Shown piece by piece: positions 45,315 to 57,603 of a stretch of 64,000 nt of DNA (within the stretch, counting starts at the first letter, position 1; every line of letters starts with the position of its first letter). The stretch is from Verrucomicrobiia bacterium. Its GTDB lineage: Bacteria > Verrucomicrobiota > Verrucomicrobiia > Limisphaerales > UBA8199. Position numbers and translations under genes: made by a program. Below the pieces are notes generated by a model. It was not told the origin of the DNA and did not search any database. It saw nothing but the letters and a program-made list of their open reading frames with translations. The stretch is from positions 25,812-89,811 of the forward strand of contig DASYXT010000141.1 in assembly GCA_035934555.1 (NCBI GenBank), given 5' to 3'.

Positions 45315-48300
45315 GAATCTGGCAGCGGGACGCGCCCTGGAGTTGCTCGAGCAGCTCCGGGTGTTCCTCGAGGATTTCGCCGCCCGGTCCGCCGGCCTCA
45401 AGACCAGCTTTGATGCTCAACTGGCCGGCGAACGGCGCCGCGCCGACCGCGCGCTGGCGGAACACGAAAAGCAAACCGATGACTCCGCCATCGCTTTGGA
45501 CCAGTCTCACCAGAACGCGCGGGCCGCAGCGCAAGCCACTTTCGAGCGGCGCAAAGCCTGGCTGGCCCGCGCCTACCAAACCAGCCAGGCCCTGGGCATC
45601 AAGCGGGTGGATGAGAAGATCGGCGCCGAAAAATACGGGCTGCAGCGGATGATGCTGCAGGCCGAGCGCGACCGGGATGCCGGGTTGACCGCGACCACCG
45701 CGCGCTTCGAGGAGTTGCGCCGGGATTTGGCCGCCGAGCAAGAGCGGCTGGCTGGCCTTGAACACCAGGCAAGGGCCTGCTTTAAAGGTTATCCGGGTTT
45801 TCTGCGACTTTTCCTCAATGCGTATGAGAAGATCGAGGTAAGCGTGCCGGAGGACGAGCAGCGCGCACTTACCGAATTGCGCGAGCGCAGCGGCCGGGCC
45901 GGTACTGAGATCCAGCGGCTGCAACGCTACGTGCCGGCACGTCTGTTCAAATATTGGGCCGTGTGGCTCGTGCTCATCCTGTGCGAGGTCCCGCTTATCC
46001 TCCAGGCCCGTGGCTTGAATCCGCGCAGTTACCAATGGGCCGGCGTCGCGGTGGGTGGCAGCCTGGTGGTGGTTTTTCTCTTGCGCGCGTACGCCAAGCG
46101 CCGGAGCCGGCCGCTGGTGGCCTCGATTGCAAAAGGGCTGGCCCAGGCGCGCCGCTTCCACGACGCCTGTTTCGAGCGCTCGGGCATCCATTATCAACAG
46201 GAGATGGAGCGGCTGAAAAACGATTACAACACGACGACGCAGGACTGCGACCGCCAGCTCAAAAAGGCTCAGGGTCAGGCGGGCGACCGGCGCGTCGCCT
46301 GCCGGATGAAGACCGACGAGCGCACCGTGCGAGCCAACAAGCGCAATGAAGCTCTCTACAAGGCGCGCCTCGAACGGGTCGAACGCGAGTTCCACGACAC
46401 ACAGCAGACGCTCCTGGAAAGCGCGCAAGTCCGCCGCCAGGCTCTGCTGCAGGATTCCGCCGCGACGCTCAAACGGTTGTCCGCCGAGCACGAGACCACC
46501 TGGCGCACTTTGGAAAGCGAGTGGCGCCGCAAGCTCGACCCATTCTATGCCGAGCTTCAAACCCTGACCGCCTCCACCGAAGCGCTGTTTCCGCCTTGGG
46601 ACAGCGACGCGTTGAAGAATTGGACGCCGCCTTCGCTATTCGCGCAGGCGGCGCGGTTCGGGCGCTTGGAAGTGGATCTGGCCAGGTTCAGTCCCCAACT
46701 TCCCGCCGACCCGCGCTTTGCCCTGCCCGGCCCCGCCCGATTCCCGCTGCCGCTTTGCCTCGCCTATCCTCAACAAGGTTCGATTCTGTTTGAGTCGGGA
46801 AGCTTTGGCCACGACCTGGCCATCAGTTCTCTCAATAACATTATCCTGCGGTTGCTGGCGGTCGCCCCGCCCGGCCGCGCTAATTTCACTATCCTTGACC
46901 CGGTGGGTTTAGGGCAGAATTTTGCCGGCGTGATGCATTTGGCCGATTTCGAGGAGCAGATCATTCACAACCGCATTTGGACCCAGGCGACGCAGATCGA
47001 GCAACGGCTGGCCGACCTTAACGAGCACATGGAAAAGGTCATCCAGATGTATTTGCGCAACGAGTATCAAACCATCGCCGAATACAACGAGCAGGCGGGC
47101 GTCATCGCGGAGAAATACCATTTCCTGGTCGTCGCGGATTTTCCGGCCAATTTCACCGAGACCGCCACGAAACGCTTGCTCAGCATCGCGGCCAGCGGCG
47201 CCCGTTGCGGCGTTTATTTGCTGATGCACTGGGACCAGCGCCTGCCGCTGCCTCAGGAGTTTATTCCCGATGAGCTGCGCAAGGCGGCGGTTCGCGTGGT
47301 GGCCCGCAACGACCATTTCGAGCTCGCCGAGGTTGCCAGCCCCGGCGCGCGACTTATGCTCGACGCGCCACCGCCGCCCGAAGTGGCCACCGAGTTCATC
47401 CAGCAGGTGGGCCGGCTCAGCCGCGATTCCAGCCGCGTCGAAGTCCCCTTCGAGCAAATCGCCCCACCCGAAGCCGAAATCTGGTCCGAAGAAACAACCG
47501 ACGAATTGCGTGTTCCTATTGGGCGCACCGGCGCCACCAAGCTCCAGTATCTGGCGATTGGCAAAGGCACGCGCCAGCATGGATTGGTCGCCGGCAAAAC
47601 CGGCTCCGGTAAATCCACCCTCTTCCATGTGCTCATCACGAACCTTGCATTGTGGTGCAGCCCAGACCAGGTCGAGTTTTACCTCGTCGATTTCAAGAAA
47701 GGCGTCGAGTTCAAGTGCTACGCCGCCCGGCGCCTGCCCCATGCGCGCGTGGTTGCCATCGAAAGCGATCGCGAATTCGGCTTGAGCGTGTTGCAACGCG
47801 TGGACGACGAACTGAAACGCCGCGGCGACCTGTTTCGCCAGTTGGGCGTGCAGGACCTCGCCGGCTACAAACGCGCCGGCGGCACCGAGGTGCTGCCGCG
47901 CACCCTGCTGCTGATCGATGAGTTCCAGGAATTCTTCGTCGAGGACGACAAGATCGGCCAAACGGCTTCGCTGTTGCTGGACCGCATCGTGCGCCAGGGC
48001 CGCGCGTTTGGCATTCACGTGCTGTTAGGCTCGCAAACCTTGGGCGGGGCTTACACCGTCGCGCGCACGACCCTCGGCCAAATGGTGATTCGCATCGCGC
48101 TGCAATGCAATGAAGCCGACGCCTACCTCATCATGGACGATTCCAACCCCGCGCCCAGGTTGCTGTCCCGGCCGGGTGAAGGCATCTACAACGACATGGC
48201 CGGCGCACTCGAAGGCAACAGCCCGTTCCAGGTGGTGTGGTTGCCGGAAGCCGTCCGCGATTCATGGCTCGGACGCGTCCGCGCTCGCGCCGACCAGAAT

Positions 48301-49185
48301 GGAAAAGCTTACCCCGGCCCAATCGTTTTTGAAGGCAACGCGCCGGCGGACGTCCGTGAGAACTCCCTGTTGACTGACTTGCTCGCAACGAAACCGGCTG
48401 CGCCGCCCGCGGCTGGCCGGATTTGGCTGGGCGCCCCCAACTCGATCAAGGGCCCGACCGAGGCGACGTTCCACCGCCAAAGCGGCAACAACCTCCTTTT
48501 GGTTGGTCAGCGCGACGAAGCCGTGCTGGCCATTTTCTCCGTTGGATTGCTTTCGCTTGCCGCCCAGTTCCCACCCGACGCCGCCCGGATTATTTTCTGC
48601 GACGCCTCGCCCCCCGGCACTGCTCCGCGAGATTACCTGGAAAGCTTGTTCCGCGCTCTTGCCCGCCCGCTGACGGTCGCTAAACCGGGTGAAGTGACCC
48701 AAGTGATGCAGGAGCTGGACGCTGCGATGAAACAGCGCGCCGAAGAGCCCGACCCCGAGGCTGCCCCGCCGGTGTTTCTGTTCATTCATGGGCTGCAGAA
48801 ATTCCCCCGGTTGCGCTTTGAAGAGGATTTCGGCTTCGGCGGCGAGGACGCGCAAGCCGCCGCCAACCCCGCTGTGGTGCTCAATAACCTGCTGTGCGAA
48901 GGCACTCGTTTGGGCTTCCATGTTATCGCCTCGTGCGACACGTATAACAACGTCGCCCGGTTCCTCAGCCGCAAAGCGGTGAGCGAATTCGAAATGCGCG
49001 TGCTATTCCAAATGAGCGTCAACGATTCCGCCAGCCTGATCGACAGCCCCAAAGCCGGTCTGCTCGGCCTGCATCGCGCGCTCTTTTTCAACGCTCAGGA
49101 AGGGTACTTGGAAACGTTCCGTCCTTACGCCCTTCCTCCTCGTGAATGGCTCGAGCAAGCGGCGCGTGAAGTAAATGGCAAATGA
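45307..49185 (+). CDS. EssC/EccC-like membrane ATPase with three FtsK/SpoIIIE-type P-loop modules
   Basis: The GTG start overlaps the previous gene by 8 nt. It has an N-terminal coiled coil, two TM helices (45952..46008 and 46036..46092), a second coiled coil, and then three modules. Module 1 is degenerate (ILFESGSFGHD, HFLVVADFP). Module 2 has an intact Walker A GKTGSGKST (47593..47619) and Walker B LLLIDEFQ (47905..47928). Module 3 is degenerate (LLLVGQRDEA, VFLFIHGLQKF). There is no FtsK gamma domain. Confidence 0.85.
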   Translation: MSRNLAAGRALELLEQLRVFLEDFAARSAGLKTSFDAQLAGERRRADRALAEHEKQTDDSAIALDQSHQNARAAAQATFERRKAWLARAYQTSQALGIKRVDEKIGAEKYGLQRMMLQAERDRDAGLTATTARFEELRRDLAAEQERLAGLEHQARACFKGYPGFLRLFLNAYEKIEVSVPEDEQRALTELRERSGRAGTEIQRLQRYVPARLFKYWAVWLVLILCEVPLILQARGLNPRSYQWAGVAVGGSLVVVFLLRAYAKRRSRPLVASIAKGLAQARRFHDACFERSGIHYQQEMERLKNDYNTTTQDCDRQLKKAQGQAGDRRVACRMKTDERTVRANKRNEALYKARLERVEREFHDTQQTLLESAQVRRQALLQDSAATLKRLSAEHETTWRTLESEWRRKLDPFYAELQTLTASTEALFPPWDSDALKNWTPPSLFAQAARFGRLEVDLARFSPQLPADPRFALPGPARFPLPLCLAYPQQGSILFESGSFGHDLAISSLNNIILRLLAVAPPGRANFTILDPVGLGQNFAGVMHLADFEEQIIHNRIWTQATQIEQRLADLNEHMEKVIQMYLRNEYQTIAEYNEQAGVIAEKYHFLVVADFPANFTETATKRLLSIAASGARCGVYLLMHWDQRLPLPQEFIPDELRKAAVRVVARNDHFELAEVASPGARLMLDAPPPPEVATEFIQQVGRLSRDSSRVEVPFEQIAPPEAEIWSEETTDELRVPIGRTGATKLQYLAIGKGTRQHGLVAGKTGSGKSTLFHVLITNLALWCSPDQVEFYLVDFKKGVEFKCYAARRLPHARVVAIESDREFGLSVLQRVDDELKRRGDLFRQLGVQDLAGYKRAGGTEVLPRTLLLIDEFQEFFVEDDKIGQTASLLLDRIVRQGRAFGIHVLLGSQTLGGAYTVARTTLGQMVIRIALQCNEADAYLIMDDSNPAPRLLSRPGEGIYNDMAGALEGNSPFQVVWLPEAVRDSWLGRVRARADQNGKAYPGPIVFEGNAPADVRENSLLTDLLATKPAAPPAAGRIWLGAPNSIKGPTEATFHRQSGNNLLLVGQRDEAVLAIFSVGLLSLAAQFPPDAARIIFCDASPPGTAPRDYLESLFRALARPLTVAKPGEVTQVMQELDAAMKQRAEEPDPEAAPPVFLFIHGLQKFPRLRFEEDFGFGGEDAQAAANPAVVLNNLLCEGTRLGFHVIASCDTYNNVARFLSRKAVSEFEMRVLFQMSVNDSASLIDSPKAGLLGLHRALFFNAQEGYLETFRPYALPPREWLEQAAREVNGK

Positions 49186-49190
49186 CAGAT

Positions 49191-49271
49191 ACTCAATGCT
49201 CAATACTCAATTAATTGAAAATCGAGCATCGAGTATTGACCATTGATTATTGAAGCCAGGCCTAAGGTTCG
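49191..49271. repeat. AT-rich palindromic element (same family as 28132..28243), possible terminator
   Basis: actcaatgctcaatactcaatt|aattgaaaatcgagcatcgag is an imperfect palindrome, followed by tattgaccattgattattga and agccaggcctaaggttcg. Its reverse complement aligns with 28176..28243 through the shared blocks TTCAATAATCAAT and TCGAT...CGATTTTCAATTAA. Confidence 0.8.
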
Positions 49272-49492
49272 AGCTCTCATTACGATTTTTGTTATGACTT
49301 CAGCCTGCGGTGAAGTGGGACCGGTTTCAATTTGCGACAAATTGTCACTCTTGCCGCGCCACCGCTTCCCATCTGCCTCACTCACCTGTCCCATCTCGCC
49401 CTCCGCGCCACCGCCCAGGCTGCTCTCCTAACCGCCTTCTCTAGTGCGCTTTACGCCCGCAGAGTCTGAGTTAAACTCGCTCATTAGCGCCC

Positions 49493-49508
49493 TGGCACAG
49501 CCCATGCA
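49493..49508 (+). promoter_or_regulatory. candidate sigma-54 promoter upstream of secA
   Basis: TGGCACagcccATGCA has a perfect -24 element and GC at canonical spacing. It lies 118 nt upstream of the secA ATG. Confidence 0.35.
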
Positions 49509-49625
49509 ACGCTATCACGAATGGCGCAAACCGCTCCTTCCAAAATCGGCCTCCCTGGCTTATGCTGGTTATGTCTTTGACGCCTCGCCACTGTTCTCGT
49601 AGCGTCTGAGGTTTCGGGTTCTACC

Positions 49626-52727
<3,102 letters not shown>

Positions 52728-52770
52728 TGCCAGCAGGCTGAGGTGAGGCTCCTGGCGCCGGTTGTCCACT

Positions 52771-53520
52771 TCATAATAGCAGCAGGCGATTGACACAGGC
52801 GGCCAGCAATCCGCCTGTCATCGGCGCGACGACCGGCACCCAGGCATACCCCCAGTCACTGTCGCGCTTGCCTGGAATGGGCAGAAAGGCATGGACCAAG
52901 CGCGGCCCGAAGTCGCGTGCTGGATTAATTGCGTAACCGGTGGCCCCGCCCAGCGACAGGCCAATGGCAAAAACCAATAATCCGACGGGCAAGGCGCCCA
53001 GCGTTCCCAACCCGACCGTCACCTCGCCCATAGTTCCTCCAAAGGGAAACTTGATTTTGGCGTCAGTCATTAGGAACACGGGCAAAACGAGCAGGAATGT
53101 GCCGCTCATCTCGCAAAAAAAGGCCTGAGCGAGATTGCGCACGCTGGGCCGGGTGCAGAAACAGGCCAGCTTTGCGTCAGCGTCTCCAGTCAGTTTGAAA
53201 TGCTCCCGATAGAAAAAATAGACCCAGGCGCCGCCGGTAATCGCCCCCAACAATTGCGCGAGGATATAGCCGCCCGCCTTGCCCCACGGAAGTTTGCCCG
53301 CCTCGGCCATCGCCAGGGTGACGGCCGGATTTAAATGCGCCCCGCTGAAGGATTGCGCGCTGAACACACCGACGAAAACGGCAAAGGCCCACCCGGCGGT
53401 AATGACGATCCAGCCGGAATTATTGCCATAGGTGCGCGCCAGGACCACGTTGGCCACAACACCGTTTCCGAAGGTGACCAGAAAGGCCGTCCCGATGAAT
53501 TCCGCAACATATGCATTCAT
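52771..53520 (-). CDS. glpF: aquaglyceroporin (MIP family, GlpF-like)
   Basis: Two NPA boxes (HLNPAVT and AINPARD), six hydrophobic helices, and a position adjacent to glpD/glpK. Confidence 0.88.
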   Translation of the reverse strand: MNAYVAEFIGTAFLVTFGNGVVANVVLARTYGNNSGWIVITAGWAFAVFVGVFSAQSFSGAHLNPAVTLAMAEAGKLPWGKAGGYILAQLLGAITGGAWVYFFYREHFKLTGDADAKLACFCTRPSVRNLAQAFFCEMSGTFLLVLPVFLMTDAKIKFPFGGTMGEVTVGLGTLGALPVGLLVFAIGLSLGGATGYAINPARDFGPRLVHAFLPIPGKRDSDWGYAWVPVVAPMTGGLLAACVNRLLLL

Positions 53521-53523
53521 AGA

Positions 53524-55089
53524 TCAAAAGCGTTTGCCGGGCAGAAATCCCTGAGCGACCTCATTGAAGTCCTGAATTTGCCGCCGCTGCCACAACTCAT
53601 CCCGTTCCAACTCCCGGGCCATTACTTGCGCCACACCGGGCGCGATGGCGACCGCCGCGCGCGCATTCAGAAACAGCGCCCGTGTGCGCCGTGCCAGCAC
53701 GTCCTCAACGGTTCGCGCCATCTCTTCACGTACGGCCCATACCACCTGGGCGCCGCTGATGGCCAGGTGCGGATGCAGCGGTTTGGCCAATTCGGGCTCG
53801 GTGCGCATCAGTTGCCGAATTGGCTCGGCGTCGGAACCGTAAATCGACAAAGGCTCCAGGCTATCGGCTTGAAATCCGTGGATGTGCAAGCCGCGAGTGA
53901 CACATGGGCGGTCCTCGAGGCGCGCCAACACGCGGGCATGGTCCACAGCGTCCTGGGCCATTTTACGATAGGTGGTCCATTTGCCGCCCATGATACTGAG
54001 CAGGCCGGACTTGGAAATACTGATCGTATGGTCGCGCGACAGAACCGCTGTGGTGGAAGCACCGCCGGATTTGACCAATGGCCGGATGCCGGTAAATACG
54101 CTCAAGACATCCTCGGGACGGGGTCGTTTGGCCAGGTAATCGCCGGCGGTTTGGAGGATGAACTCAACTTCACCGCTCTGGGGCCGCGGCTCGAGGCTCA
54201 CCTCCGCAATAGGGGTGTCGGTTGTGCCGACCAGCGTGTGGCCATGCCAGGGAATCGCAAACATCACCCGTCCATCGCGCGTGTGCGGCACCATAATGGC
54301 GGTGTCCCCCGGCAGAAATGAGCTGTCGAGCACCAGGTGCACACCCTGGCTGAGCGCGAGCATCGGTTCGGCATTTGGCTCATCCAACCGTCGCAGCGAA
54401 TCCGAGAATGGTCCTGTGGCATTGACGACGCAGCGCGCTGCGACGGCATGTTCCTGGCCGGTTTCAAGGTCCTGAAATCGAAGACCCTCGACCAGCCCGT
54501 CGTGGTCTTTGCGCAAATCCAATACGCGCGCGTAATTCAAAAGCGGCGCGCCTAAATCGGCAGCGGTTTGTGCCAGGTTAATCAACAGCCGGCTGTCGTC
54601 GAACTGCCCGTCGCGGTACAAAACACCCCCGCGCAAGCCGTCGCGGTCGAGTGTGGGAATGCGCTCGAGGACCTCGTCCCGCGCGAGCAGGCGCGAGCGG
54701 CCAAAACCGAATTGGCCGGCCAGCATGTCATACACCTTGAGCCCGAGGCCATAGAAAGGCGCCTCCCACCATTGATAATTGGGCACCACAAACGAAAGGT
54801 CATGCACCAGATGCGGTGCATTTTGAAACAGGATACCGCGCTCCTTTAACGCCTCTATCACCAGCGAAATGTTTCCCTGCTGCAAGTAGCGAACGCCGCC
54901 ATGGACCAGCTTGGTCGAGCGGCTCGAGGTGCCTTTGCCAAAATCGCTTTGTTCGACCAGCATCACGCGATAACCGCGCGCCGCCGCATCCACAGCGATA
55001 CCCACGCCGGTAGCGCCGCCGCCGATCACCGCCAGGTCCCAGGGCTTGGGATTATCGATGATTTGGCGCAGAGACACCTCTCGGTTCAT
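53524..55089 (-). CDS. glpD: FAD-dependent glycerol-3-phosphate dehydrogenase
   Basis: WDLAVIGGGATGVGIAVDAAARGY is the dinucleotide fold, TSSRSTKLVHGGVRYL is the GlpD signature, and the C-terminal domain is present. Confidence 0.92.
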   Translation of the reverse strand: MNREVSLRQIIDNPKPWDLAVIGGGATGVGIAVDAAARGYRVMLVEQSDFGKGTSSRSTKLVHGGVRYLQQGNISLVIEALKERGILFQNAPHLVHDLSFVVPNYQWWEAPFYGLGLKVYDMLAGQFGFGRSRLLARDEVLERIPTLDRDGLRGGVLYRDGQFDDSRLLINLAQTAADLGAPLLNYARVLDLRKDHDGLVEGLRFQDLETGQEHAVAARCVVNATGPFSDSLRRLDEPNAEPMLALSQGVHLVLDSSFLPGDTAIMVPHTRDGRVMFAIPWHGHTLVGTTDTPIAEVSLEPRPQSGEVEFILQTAGDYLAKRPRPEDVLSVFTGIRPLVKSGGASTTAVLSRDHTISISKSGLLSIMGGKWTTYRKMAQDAVDHARVLARLEDRPCVTRGLHIHGFQADSLEPLSIYGSDAEPIRQLMRTEPELAKPLHPHLAISGAQVVWAVREEMARTVEDVLARRTRALFLNARAAVAIAPGVAQVMARELERDELWQRRQIQDFNEVAQGFLPGKRF

Positions 55090-55231
55090 GAGCCCACGGT
55101 AAGTGACAAGGTCCTCGTAAGCGGCCGGGAATCAGTAAAGATTGTAGCGCAGATTTTTAAATCTGCCAGTATCCCCGTAAAGCATTTCATCTCGCGACGA
55201 TTTTTTTCAGGCACGCCCGGCGAAGGCTCCC

Positions 55232-55308
55232 GGAATTCAACAGGAGGAAACAGAGAGAACAGAGATGCTGCTTCTCCCTTTTCTCTGTTTGCTCCTGTTG
55301 AATCTTCC
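55232..55308. repeat. long imperfect hairpin downstream of glpK
   Basis: 55232..55255 (ggaattcaacaggaggaaacagag) pairs with 55283..55308 (ctctgtttgctcctgttgaatcttcc), with 1 mismatch and a 2-nt bulge. There is no U-tract on the glpK strand. Confidence 0.7.
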
Positions 55309-55315
55309 GGTGTCC

Positions 55316-56833
55316 TCACAGGTTTGAGCCGCTCTTGAATTGCGTCCGCTCCTCCCAGTCCCGCGAGCGCTTGAGGGCCTCAGTCCAACGGCTCCGGCGG
55401 TGCTCGACTTCATCGCGGCTCTTCTGCGGCTCGAACACGCGCTCGGTTTGCCAGGTCTTTTCCACCTCTACCTGGTCTTTCCAGAACCCAACCGCCAAGC
55501 CGGCCAGGTAAGCGGCGCCTAATGCGGTCGTTTCCACAATCTTCGGACGAACCACCGGCACCCCGAGGATATCGGCTTGGAATTGCATCAGTAGGTTGTT
55601 GGCGGATGCGCCGCCATCTACCCGGAGTTCATTCAGAGCGATATGTGAATCGGCCTTCATCACCTCGAGGACGTCGGCCACTTGAAAGGCGATTCCCTCC
55701 AGAGCGGCCCTGGCCAGGTGGCCGGCCGTGGTCCCGCGCGTCAGGCCCGTGATTGTTCCGCGGGCATACTGATCCCAATGCGGCGCGCCCAGGCCGGCGA
55801 AGGCCGGCACCAGGTAAACCCCGCCGCAATCCGGCACGCCGGCAGCCAGCTTTTCAATTTCCGCCGATGAATCGATCAAACCCAGTCCATCGCGCAGCCA
55901 TTGAACCACCGCCCCACCAACAAACACGCTGCCTTCCAGGGCGTATTGCATCTGAGAGCCGCGCCTCCACGCCACCGTCGTGAGCAGTTGGTGTTCCGAC
56001 AGAGCCGGCTCCGAGCCGATATTCATCAGCATAAAGCAACCGGTGCCGTAGGTGTTCTTGGCAAGCCCATGGCGAAAACAGTTCTGCCCGAACAAGGCCG
56101 CTTGCTGGTCTCCTGCAATTCCCGCAATGGGGACAGGCTCACCGAGCCACTCGGCTGAGATGCGGCCATAAATCTCGCTGGAAGAACGGACCTCCGGCAA
56201 CAGCTCGCGCGGAACATCCAACGCGGTTAACAGCTCCTCATCCCACGCCCCGGTCTGGATATTGAAGAGCATCGTGCGCGAGGCATTGCTCGGATCAGTG
56301 ATATGAAGGGCGCCGCCGGTGAGTTTCCAGATCAGCCAGGTATCCACCGTGCCAAAGGCTAATTCGCCTCGGCGTGCCCGCGCCCGGGCGCCCGGGACGT
56401 TATCCAGCAGCCACCGCACTTTGCTTCCCGAGAAATACGCATCAATTACCAAACCGGCTTTGCGGCGCACCAACTCCCCTAGCCCGGCTCGTTTCAATTC
56501 GTCGCAAAAGCCGGCGGTCCGGCGGTCCTGCCACACAATGGCGTTGTGGATCGGCTCCCCAGTGCGGCGGTCCCAGACGAGGGTCGTTTCCCTCTGGTTG
56601 GCGATACCGATGGCGGCAAAATCTCCGGCACGCAGGCCGGCTTTAGCGAGCGCGTCGCGGGCCACCGCCAGTTGGCTTTGCCAAATCGCGGTGGGGTCGT
56701 GCTCGACCCAGCCGCTTTGCGGGTAAACCTGCGGAAATTCCTTTTGACTTACAGCGCGGATGACGCCGGCGTGATCGAAGATAATCGCGCGGGAACTGGT
56801 TGTGCCCTGGTCCAGGGAAAGAATAAAAGGCAT
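55316..56833 (-). CDS. glpK: glycerol kinase
   Basis: [27 protein letters not shown] and [10 protein letters not shown]; FGGY kinase, GlpK subfamily, across its full length. Confidence 0.96.
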   Translation of the reverse strand: MPFILSLDQGTTSSRAIIFDHAGVIRAVSQKEFPQVYPQSGWVEHDPTAIWQSQLAVARDALAKAGLRAGDFAAIGIANQRETTLVWDRRTGEPIHNAIVWQDRRTAGFCDELKRAGLGELVRRKAGLVIDAYFSGSKVRWLLDNVPGARARARRGELAFGTVDTWLIWKLTGGALHITDPSNASRTMLFNIQTGAWDEELLTALDVPRELLPEVRSSSEIYGRISAEWLGEPVPIAGIAGDQQAALFGQNCFRHGLAKNTYGTGCFMLMNIGSEPALSEHQLLTTVAWRRGSQMQYALEGSVFVGGAVVQWLRDGLGLIDSSAEIEKLAAGVPDCGGVYLVPAFAGLGAPHWDQYARGTITGLTRGTTAGHLARAALEGIAFQVADVLEVMKADSHIALNELRVDGGASANNLLMQFQADILGVPVVRPKIVETTALGAAYLAGLAVGFWKDQVEVEKTWQTERVFEPQKSRDEVEHRRSRWTEALKRSRDWEERTQFKSGSNL

Positions 56834-57021
56834 AGGTGTTTATGGTCGAACGTGACCAAGCTCGTCAAGCCGCCGGCATTTGCAAATCCAAAAAAGACCG
56901 GACCTGGCGATGGTGGAAGGGGAATGGGGTTCGATGCACTGCCCTTCCCAATGGAAAAGCGAAAATGTTTTGGGGTACTGCACCCACTTGGGATTTATAC
57001 TGGTGGCCGTTATCTTGAGCC

Positions 57022-57222
57022 ATGAGGACAGACGAATTAGCTGACAAAGCTCAAGAATTGAAGGAACAAGCCCAGAACTGGCAGGAAACTGCCAAATACC
57101 AGGCGCGCCGAGCCGGAGCCGCCGCCGATGAATACGTCCGCGAGAACTCCTGGCAAAGCGTTGCCATTGCTTTGGGCGTGGGATGCCTGATTGGTTTGTT
57201 GCTGGCCAGGCGCGGCGATTGA
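57022..57222 (+). CDS. DUF883 (ElaB/YqjD-like) tail-anchored protein
   Basis: The C-terminal ENSWQSVAIALGVGCLIGLLLARR matches the conserved ElaB/YqjD membrane anchor, and the N-terminal helix is charged. Confidence 0.75.
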   Translation: MRTDELADKAQELKEQAQNWQETAKYQARRAGAAADEYVRENSWQSVAIALGVGCLIGLLLARRGD

Positions 57223-57254
57223 TCTCTAGGGTGAGTTCATCCAAGCAAGGCGAG

Positions 57255-57476
57255 ATGAAACAGAGATTCGCTTCTCGGCGCCCCAAGGTTTGGAACCGCA
57301 AGAACCTACCCCGCGCGATCGAGCGGTCTGAGGATTCGCCGAGCCCGACCAAGGAGATCGTTGGAGAGTTGCCCGCAGCGGCTTTGGCTGTGGCCCGGAG
57401 AAGCAAAGGCGCCGCACTTCTGGGGCTCGCTTTGGTAGTGGCAGGTCTGTGGTGGATGTTTGCTAGTCGGGATTGA
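57255..57476 (+). CDS. hypothetical single-pass membrane protein
   Basis: The internal ATG of ORF 57183..57476 gives a protein with one hydrophobic helix (GAALLGLALVVAGLWWMF). Its position downstream of the DUF883 gene is typical for small membrane partners. Confidence 0.35.
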   Translation: MKQRFASRRPKVWNRKNLPRAIERSEDSPSPTKEIVGELPAAALAVARRSKGAALLGLALVVAGLWWMFASRD

Positions 57477-57603
57477 CCGAAGCGCCGCGCCAGGTCGCAG
57501 GTGTGCCCTCGTCGGGCACGACCGCGAAACGGGCGGGTGCTTCGGAAGCGTTTTAGCACGCAACGTTTTGACTTTCGCGAGCGGTGGGCGATACTCCGCC
57601 CGG

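Noticed and set aside
45295-48018. Minus-strand ORFs of 421 aa (45295..46560) and 369 aa (46909..48018) inside the EssC-like gene
   Set aside because: They are antisense to a frame carrying Walker A/B motifs, TM helices and coiled coils. Their own translations are low-complexity (L/A/G/R/Q-rich) with no recognisable domain.
45307-49185. Possibility that the large ATPase is the housekeeping chromosome translocase FtsK
   Set aside because: FtsK has four N-terminal TM helices, a Pro/Gln linker, one motor domain and a C-terminal gamma (KOPS-binding) winged helix. This protein has two TM helices embedded in coiled coils, three tandem P-loop-like modules and no gamma-like C-terminus, and it is co-operonic with WXG-like proteins.
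49243-49431. 62-aa ORF upstream of secA as a SecM-like regulatory leader peptide
   Set aside because: It has no signal-peptide-plus-arrest-motif organisation, it begins inside the AT-rich repeat element, and it ends ~195 nt before secA. There is no supporting evidence.
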